Assembly (NCBI GenBank): GCA_963676795.2
Contig: CAXXTB010000001.1
Span: 1,184,001-1,248,000, forward strand
Origin: Geopsychrobacteraceae bacterium
GTDB lineage: Bacteria; Desulfobacterota; Desulfuromonadia; Desulfuromonadales; Geopsychrobacteraceae
Reading direction: 5' to 3'
Length of the DNA stretch: 64,000 nucleotides
Shown in pieces: positions 57,645 through 64,000 of the stretch. Both the position numbers and the translations under genes were made by a program. Numbering within the stretch: the stretch's first letter is position 1; each line of letters begins with the position of its first letter. The notes under the pieces were generated by a model. It was not told the DNA's origin. It searched no databases and saw nothing but the letters and a program-made list of their open reading frames with translations.

Positions 57645-58262
57645 TTAAAGAACGATCAGGCTGGCGACCAGGATCAGTACGATACCCGTCAGCTTTTCCA
57701 GTTTCCTGCTATGTCTGGGCAGAAGCTGTTGCGACCTGGGGTTGCCAACACTCCAGGTGATGAACAGGTCCCAGAGCAATACGGCGCTGAACATCCATAA
57801 GCCGTAAAGCAGTTGATGGGAAAGCGGGGTCGTGGCTGAGACGATGAGGCTCATCAGGCTCAGGTAAAAGATGGCGTTTTTCGGGTTGAGGATCGCCGAG
57901 AGAAATCCGCAGCATAACAGCCTTGGCGAAGAACTTGGCAATCCCTGCGCCTGGCGGTCTGCCGGTTGTCCACTGCCGTGGCTGCTCAACAGGCACCAGC
58001 CGAGGTAGCAGAGATAGACCGCAGCCAGCAGTTTCATGGAGATGAACAGCAGCTGGTTCTCTCTGAGCAGGCTGAAACCGAAGATGGCGGCAACGATATA
58101 GACAGCATTGGCGCAGGCAATTCCCAGGCTGGTCCAGACACTGCGTCTGAACCCATAGCGCATGGCGGTGCCGACAATCAGGATAAAATCGGGTCCGGGA
58201 CTGAGCAGGGCGGTGAAATGTGCCGTCGCCAGCGCGGTGAATTCAAGCAGGTTGATGTCCAT
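57645..58262 (-). CDS. LysE/RhtB family translocator
   Basis: SPGPDF, YLCYLG and ILNPKNAIF. Confidence 0.92.
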   Translation of the reverse strand: MDINLLEFTALATAHFTALLSPGPDFILIVGTAMRYGFRRSVWTSLGIACANAVYIVAAIFGFSLLRENQLLFISMKLLAAVYLCYLGWCLLSSHGSGQPADRQAQGLPSSSPRLLCCGFLSAILNPKNAIFYLSLMSLIVSATTPLSHQLLYGLWMFSAVLLWDLFITWSVGNPRSQQLLPRHSRKLEKLTGIVLILVASLIVL

Positions 58263-58329
58263 AAGACTGACTCCTTCGCTTAATGGAGTCTAGTTCGGCT
58301 TGGGCCGGAATTATTGTATCGAATTGATT

Positions 58330-59130
58330 TTATTTGGCCTGTTGGTACTGGCGCGGGGTGGCGGAGACGAACTGCCTGAAGGTGCGGTGGAAGTGGCTCT
58401 GGTCGGCAAAACCGGTCTCCGCGGCGACGGCGGCCGGGGCGACGCCTTGGCGCAGCAGGCGCTTGGCTTTTTCGATGCGCAGATTGAGTCGGTATTCGTG
58501 AGGTGTGAGGCCAACATGGCTTTTGAAACTGCGCAGCAGGTGATGAGCTGAATAGCCGATTTTCGCGGCTAGTTCCTCAAGGGTCAGGTTGGCTTCCAGG
58601 TCTGCCTCGAGCAGCCCTTTCAATTGGCGGATAGTCTTGGGTTCCAGACGCAGCTCCGGGACTGTCGATGTTGTGCAGCCGCACAGCTCAAGAGAAAAAT
58701 AGCAGAGCGCTTCGTGTTTCTCCATGGAAAAACCCGGTCGGCCGATCAGTTCGGTCAACTGGCAGAAGGCGGCAAAGAGCACGTTGTTCCGGATGATTCC
58801 TGTGGCCGGAAAGCTTGCTGCTGAGAGGCCTGGTTGCGGATCGCTTTGCAGCCCCTGATACCAGTTTGGATCGATGAAAACGGCGATATAGGAGCGTGGA
58901 GCATCCAGAGGCGTACAGCTGTGGACAGTCTGCGGTGTGATGATGACCAGATCGCCCTGCTCGGCGATTGTGGCCCCGGCCGGGGTGGTGAAACTGGTCC
59001 GCCCTTTGGTCACAGCGGCGATGAACAGTTCCGGATGAAAATGATCCTTGTAGGTCTCAGAACTGTCCGTTGTTTGGCGGACGACGAGCCAGGGGAGCTC
59101 CTGTTCGGTTTTAAAGAGATTACTGTTCAT
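58330..59130 (-). CDS. AraC family transcriptional regulator
   Basis: Cupin HFHPE and C-terminal GFADQSHFHRTF. Confidence 0.92.
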   Translation of the reverse strand: MNSNLFKTEQELPWLVVRQTTDSSETYKDHFHPELFIAAVTKGRTSFTTPAGATIAEQGDLVIITPQTVHSCTPLDAPRSYIAVFIDPNWYQGLQSDPQPGLSAASFPATGIIRNNVLFAAFCQLTELIGRPGFSMEKHEALCYFSLELCGCTTSTVPELRLEPKTIRQLKGLLEADLEANLTLEELAAKIGYSAHHLLRSFKSHVGLTPHEYRLNLRIEKAKRLLRQGVAPAAVAAETGFADQSHFHRTFRQFVSATPRQYQQAK

Positions 59131-59186
59131 GCCGGCAAGTATAAAGGGCCACAGCTGATTGAGTCGACTTAAAAAATGAGGGTGGT

Positions 59187-60224
59187 ATGCAAGCGATGAT
59201 CCTCGAAAAACTAACCGATTTGTCCACCAACAAGGAGCCACTGCGCCTGGTCGATTTTCCTGCCCCTCAGGCGGTTGCAGGGCAGGTGCGGATCCGGGTC
59301 GAGACCTGCGGCGTCTGTCACACCGAGCTGGATGAGATCGAGGGGCGTACCCCGCCGCCGCTCCTGCCGATCATCCCGGGGCATCAGGTCGTTGGTCGGA
59401 TCGATCAGGTCGGCGAGGGGATCGACAAGGGGTTGCTCGGCCAACGGGTCGGTGTGGCCTGGATCTATTCGGCCTGCGGGAGCTGTCGCTGGTGTCTGGA
59501 CGGCCTGGAAAATCTCTGCCCTGAGTTCCGGGCGACCGGGCGCGATGCCCATGGCGGCTACGCTGAGTACATGGTTGCCCCTGCGAGCTATGCCTATCCG
59601 ATACCGGAGCGTTTCAGTGCCGCAGAGGCGGCGCCGCTGCTCTGCGCCGGGGCGATCGGCTTTCGCTCGTTGCGGCTGGCCAATGTCGATGCGCAGAGCA
59701 GTGCCCTGGGGTTGACCGGGTTCGGCGGTTCGGCGCATCTGGTGCTGAAGCTTGCCCGGCATCTCTATCCCAAGCTGCCGGTCTATGTTTTTGCCCGCAG
59801 CGACAAGGAACGCCAGTTCGCTCTGGAACTGGGGGCGGCATGGGCCGGCGGTACGGCCGATCCTCCTCCGCAACCGCTTGCGGCGATGATCGACACGACG
59901 CCGGTCTGGAAACCTGTGGTCAGCGCTTTGCGTATGCTCGAACCGGGCGGTCGGCTGGTGATCAACGCGATCCGCAAAGAGCAGCATGATCGTGACTGTT
60001 TAAGCGAAATCGATTATCCTGTGGATCTGTGGCTGGAGAAGGAGATCAAGAGCGTTGCCAACGTCACCGCTTATGATGTCCGTGAGTTTCTCAAACTGGC
60101 CGCAGAGATCCCGATCGTTCCGACTGTTGAAGAGTTTTTCCTGAACGAGGCCAACCGGGCGCTGCTCGAACTCAAAGAGCGTCATGTCCGCGGGGCCAAG
60201 GTTTTACGGATTGCCGATCTCTAA
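59187..60224 (+). CDS. zinc-dependent alcohol dehydrogenase family protein
   Basis: CGVCHT, PGHQVVG, CGSCRWC..ENLC and APLLCAG. Confidence 0.92.
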   Translation: MQAMILEKLTDLSTNKEPLRLVDFPAPQAVAGQVRIRVETCGVCHTELDEIEGRTPPPLLPIIPGHQVVGRIDQVGEGIDKGLLGQRVGVAWIYSACGSCRWCLDGLENLCPEFRATGRDAHGGYAEYMVAPASYAYPIPERFSAAEAAPLLCAGAIGFRSLRLANVDAQSSALGLTGFGGSAHLVLKLARHLYPKLPVYVFARSDKERQFALELGAAWAGGTADPPPQPLAAMIDTTPVWKPVVSALRMLEPGGRLVINAIRKEQHDRDCLSEIDYPVDLWLEKEIKSVANVTAYDVREFLKLAAEIPIVPTVEEFFLNEANRALLELKERHVRGAKVLRIADL

Positions 60225-60246
60225 CAGGCTGTTAATGGAGGCCGAC

Positions 60247-61266
60247 ATGCATGAGGCTCTGCTTTACGACAAGCTGGACAAACAGCGGGTCAGATGTAAT
60301 CTCTGCGCCCATCACTGTAATATCGCAGTCGGACACAGAGGATTTTGCCAGGTTCGCTACAACGAGAATGGCACCCTCTATACCACCGCCTACGGGCGCA
60401 CCATCAGCCGCAATATCGATCCGATCGAGAAGAAGCCGCTCTATCATTTCTATCCCGGCAGCAAGTCTTTTTCGATTGCCACTCCCGGCTGCAACATGCG
60501 CTGCGAATGGTGTCAGAACTGGAATATCTCTCAGCCATCCTGTGACGCCGAACTCAATGCCGGGGTCGCGATGAGTGCGCAGGAGATTGTCGCCGCGGCC
60601 AAAGCGACCGCCTGTTGGTCGATCGCCTATACTTACACCGAACCGACGATCTTTTTCGAATACGCCCTTGAGATCGCCCGTCTGGCCAAAGAAGAGGGGA
60701 TTGCCAACGTCTTTGTCAGCAACGGCTATATGACCGCTGCCATGCTGGAGATGATCGCCCCCTATCTCGATGCGGCTAATATCGACCTGAAGTGCTTCAA
60801 CGGTGCCGCCTACCGCAAATATACCTCGGCCTGTCTGCAGCCGGTGCTCGATAATCTGATCGCGCTGCACCGCTCGGGGATTTGGCTGGAAGTGACCACC
60901 CTGATCATCCCCGGCATCAACGATGATCCTGAGGAACTCAAACAACTGGCGGAATTTATTGCGACTCGTCTCAGTGTCGACGTTCCCTGGCATGTCAGCC
61001 GTTTCTTTCCCCAATATCATCTGCGCCACCTGCCGCCGACCCCGCCGGAAACCCTGGATATGACTGTCAAGATCGGCAAGCAGGCCGGTCTGCGCTACGT
61101 CTATCCCGGCAATCTGGCCGGTGAGGTGCCAACCTCCTGTCCGGCTTGTGGAGCCGAGCTGATCGAACGGCGCGGCTTTTCTCTGAGCCGGAATCGCGTC
61201 ACAGCGCAGGGCTGCTGTCCGGATTGCGGGGCCAAACTCGCCGGGATCGGCATGGCTGGGGCATAA
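60247..61266 (+). CDS. amrS: AmmeMemoRadiSam system radical SAM enzyme
   Basis: CNLCAHHC, DPIEKKPLYHF, GCNMRCEWCQNW, AYTYTEP and C-terminal CPAC..CPDC. Confidence 0.9.
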   Translation: MHEALLYDKLDKQRVRCNLCAHHCNIAVGHRGFCQVRYNENGTLYTTAYGRTISRNIDPIEKKPLYHFYPGSKSFSIATPGCNMRCEWCQNWNISQPSCDAELNAGVAMSAQEIVAAAKATACWSIAYTYTEPTIFFEYALEIARLAKEEGIANVFVSNGYMTAAMLEMIAPYLDAANIDLKCFNGAAYRKYTSACLQPVLDNLIALHRSGIWLEVTTLIIPGINDDPEELKQLAEFIATRLSVDVPWHVSRFFPQYHLRHLPPTPPETLDMTVKIGKQAGLRYVYPGNLAGEVPTSCPACGAELIERRGFSLSRNRVTAQGCCPDCGAKLAGIGMAGA

Positions 61267-61345
61267 TGAAAAGCTGAAGCATATATCCGCCCTTTTCAGG
61301 AGCAGGCGCGGGTTCCCTGTCTCGAGGTGTCTTGTCTGAATGGGC

Positions 61346-63664
61346 CTATGGCTTGGCGGGGTCATGAAGCCCTTTCCACACAGCTTCCGCCAGTTTTTTG
61401 CGCGAGAAGGGTTTCTGGATGAAATGGACGGCTTCGTCCAGAACCCCCTGCCTGGAGATAAGAGCGGCGCTGTAGCCGGACATATAGAGGGTCTTGAGGC
61501 CGGGAATAATGGTTCTGAGCTGTTCCGCAAGCTCCGGACCGTTGGTATCGGCCAGGATGACGTCGCTGAGCAGTAGCTTGATTTCGCTGCGCTTCTCTGC
61601 GGCCAGCTTGAGGGCCGTGGCTTTTTCCGTCGCGCTGAGCACGCGGTAGCCGAGCAGTTCGAGCATCTGTTCGCAGATGGTCAGGATGGCCGCTTCATCT
61701 TCAACGACAAGGATCATTTCTCCCGCCCCCGAATAATTCTGCGCGGATTCCACCTCAGGCTGTTGCGGCGCCTGGTCCGAGTATTCGCTTATGTAGATCC
61801 TGAAGGTTGTCCCCTTGCCCGGTTCGCTGTAGACGTTGATAAAGCCGCTGTTCTGTTTGATGATACCGTAAACCGTCGCCAGCCCGAGGCCGGTCCCCTT
61901 GCCCTGCTCCTTGGTTGTAAAAAAGGGCTCGAAGATCTTTTCCTGAGTCTCCTTGTCCATTCCGGTTCCGTTGTCGCTCACGCTGAGACAGACATAGCGG
62001 CCCGGAATGAAATCCGCATGCATGGCACTGTACTGCTCATCGATATGGATCCTGCTGGTCTGGATCGTGATATGCCCCCCTGTCGGCATGGCGTCCCCGG
62101 CGTTAATGCAGAGATTGGTCAGGACCTGGTCAAGCTGACCGAGGTCGATCTTGACGACACAGGGCTCACCGCAGGGGGCCCAGTCGAGATGAACCTTTTC
62201 TCCGAGCAGCCGCTCGAGCATCCTGAGTGTCTGCTCCACGCGCTGGTTGAGGTCAATGATCTGCGGAGCGATGGTCTGCTTGCGCGCGAAGCCGAGCAGT
62301 TGCCGGGTGATCTCCGCAGAGCGGTTGGCCGCGTCGATGATGCTGTTCAGGTAGACGGATCCAGGGTTCTGGTCGCCTATCTTTCGTTGGGCGAGTTCTG
62401 AGTTGCCGATAATGACGCTGAGCATATTGTTGAAGTCGTGAGCCACTCCACCGGCCAGCCGCCCTATCGATTCCATCTTCTGAGACTGGAGAAGCTGTTC
62501 CTGGAGATCCTGATTGGCTTTCTCCCGCGCGATACGCTCGCTGATATCCTCGACGGAGATCATGATGCCGGTGATGTCTCCCTCCTGGTTGCTGAGTGGG
62601 GCACAGGAGATCGAGGCGTAGAATGTGGTTCCGTCATTTTTCACCAGTTCGAATTCCAGGCCGCGATGGACTGTCCCGCTGTGACATTCCTGGCAGAGGG
62701 TCTGGAAACGCAGAATCTCGCTGGGGTCGATGAGGGGCGTCAGCGATTCGCCCAACTCCATTTTTTCCCAACCGAACAGTTTTTCCGCCGAAACTGTCCA
62801 GATCGCTATCCGGTGGTGCAGGTCGACACTGAAGAGCGCGACCGGGGAACAGGCGATCAGGGCCCTGATCTCTTCATTTTTGGTGTGCAGCTCATTGATA
62901 TTGTCCCGGATCGCGTCGCGCATATGGCTGAGACTGGTTCCCAGCTTGCTTAACTCCGCAGCCGGGAAATGACCGATATCCCGGTGCAGGTTGCCATTGG
63001 CGATATCGGTCGTCGCATCGATCAGCTGGTTGATCGGCTGATGGACAAAATGTTTGAAGGCCAGCCAGAACAGGGCTATGACGATGACAAACAGCAGGAT
63101 GCAGAGTATGACGGACGTGAGTACCGTGTTCAGGATCTTGTCTTTGACGATATGTTGTGGAAAGCCAATATCTATGGTTCCGATCAGCTTGTTGTCATCA
63201 TCGCTGACCGGAACCAGGGTATGATAGGCTTCCGCGACTCTCAGGGTGGTCACCTGCTGACGGCTGAGCGCTGCGAGCAGAGCCGGGTTATCGACGCTCT
63301 TCCCGCGGAAGGTCGGGTCGTTGTGGGCGGCAATCCGTCCTGACGGGTCGAGGACAGCGATAAAGGCAACATACATGTCGCGGTTGGCCGTGTAGGTTTT
63401 TCTGACCTGGAGATAGGAGGTTTCCAGGTTCAGGAAGTTGTCGGTCGGGCCGAGCAGCTTACGACGGGCCAGAATATCGACACTGATATTCTGGGCAAGG
63501 GTCACCGAGCGCCATTCGATGGCTTCCAGATAATTGGCCCGGAAGCTGTTGAGGTAGAGGGCGGAACTCAAGGCGAGCGTCACCAGGACAATCAACCCGA
63601 TGAAAAACAGGACCTTGGTCTGCAGACTCTGGCTTATGGAATATGGCCGTTTTTTTATCTGCAC
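61346..63664 (-). CDS. hybrid sensor histidine kinase/response regulator (sensor, HAMP, PAS, HisKA, HATPase, REC)
   Basis: QKMESIGRLAGGVAHDFNN, EPFFTTK..GTGLGL and REC VVEDE..SDVIL..QKPF. Confidence 0.95.
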   Translation of the reverse strand: MQIKKRPYSISQSLQTKVLFFIGLIVLVTLALSSALYLNSFRANYLEAIEWRSVTLAQNISVDILARRKLLGPTDNFLNLETSYLQVRKTYTANRDMYVAFIAVLDPSGRIAAHNDPTFRGKSVDNPALLAALSRQQVTTLRVAEAYHTLVPVSDDDNKLIGTIDIGFPQHIVKDKILNTVLTSVILCILLFVIVIALFWLAFKHFVHQPINQLIDATTDIANGNLHRDIGHFPAAELSKLGTSLSHMRDAIRDNINELHTKNEEIRALIACSPVALFSVDLHHRIAIWTVSAEKLFGWEKMELGESLTPLIDPSEILRFQTLCQECHSGTVHRGLEFELVKNDGTTFYASISCAPLSNQEGDITGIMISVEDISERIAREKANQDLQEQLLQSQKMESIGRLAGGVAHDFNNMLSVIIGNSELAQRKIGDQNPGSVYLNSIIDAANRSAEITRQLLGFARKQTIAPQIIDLNQRVEQTLRMLERLLGEKVHLDWAPCGEPCVVKIDLGQLDQVLTNLCINAGDAMPTGGHITIQTSRIHIDEQYSAMHADFIPGRYVCLSVSDNGTGMDKETQEKIFEPFFTTKEQGKGTGLGLATVYGIIKQNSGFINVYSEPGKGTTFRIYISEYSDQAPQQPEVESAQNYSGAGEMILVVEDEAAILTICEQMLELLGYRVLSATEKATALKLAAEKRSEIKLLLSDVILADTNGPELAEQLRTIIPGLKTLYMSGYSAALISRQGVLDEAVHFIQKPFSRKKLAEAVWKGLHDPAKP

Positions 63665-63750
63665 TCTTCAGTGACTCCGCTCAGAGTTTTCTTACAAGTC
63701 ACATGTTGTTGACTTTATGGCATGTTTTTGGAAATGCTTCCAGCGGTTCT

Positions 63751-64000
63751 CTAGAAATTGTAGCCCAGTTCCTTTTCCGCTGCAGCTGTCGCCGAGAGAA
63801 CCTCCTTGACCCATTGTTCGCCGACATTCTGTTTCAGCCAGTCGATTGCCGACTGGCGGGTTCGCTGGCGAAACTGCACATACTCTTCATTGGTCGGTTT
63901 GTAAACCTCAACGCCTTTCGATTGCAGATAAGCCAGGCCTTCCTGCTCATTGAGGATGGCAAGCCCTCGATTGACGACCAAGGCTGATTCGCTGGCCTGT
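63751..64000 (-). CDS. TRAP substrate-binding protein (DctP family), C-terminal fragment
   Basis: LAYLQSKGVEVYKPTNEEYVQFR is typical of DctP C-termini; 5' part lies outside the window. Confidence 0.65.
   Translation of the reverse strand, partial: QASESALVVNRGLAILNEQEGLAYLQSKGVEVYKPTNEEYVQFRQRTRQSAIDWLKQNVGEQWVKEVLSATAAAEKELGYNF

Overview
Chromosomal segment of a GC-rich anaerobic bacterium. Gene content (sucA, lipA, rubredoxin, GH57-galT-glgA, hybrid sensor kinase) suggests Desulfuromonadia/Desulfobacterota; this is inference only. The window holds about 50 CDS, one tRNA-Val(GAC) and several intrinsic terminators. I saw no integrase, transposase, CRISPR array or rRNA. The ORF track misses partial sucA (1..1873, -) and a 52-aa rubredoxin (5180..5338, -). 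Highlights: (1) three dispersed ~450-bp intergenic copies of a modular multi-hairpin element with compensatory base changes (24132, 33580, 50552); (2) an ablA/ablB (N-epsilon-acetyl-beta-lysine) locus preceded by a second, divergent KamA-family radical SAM enzyme lacking the lysine-binding aspartates, and by a ~360-nt structured leader, with ablA carrying a 1-nt frameshift; (3) a TRAP-SBP/PucR/UROD-type methyltransferase/corrinoid protein/aromatic-acid MFS cluster resembling an incomplete cobalamin-dependent O-demethylase; (4) a 1536-aa GH13-glycogen synthase fusion; (5) a candidate sRNA at ~36756-36935; (6) a C39-like peptidase/partner gene pair.
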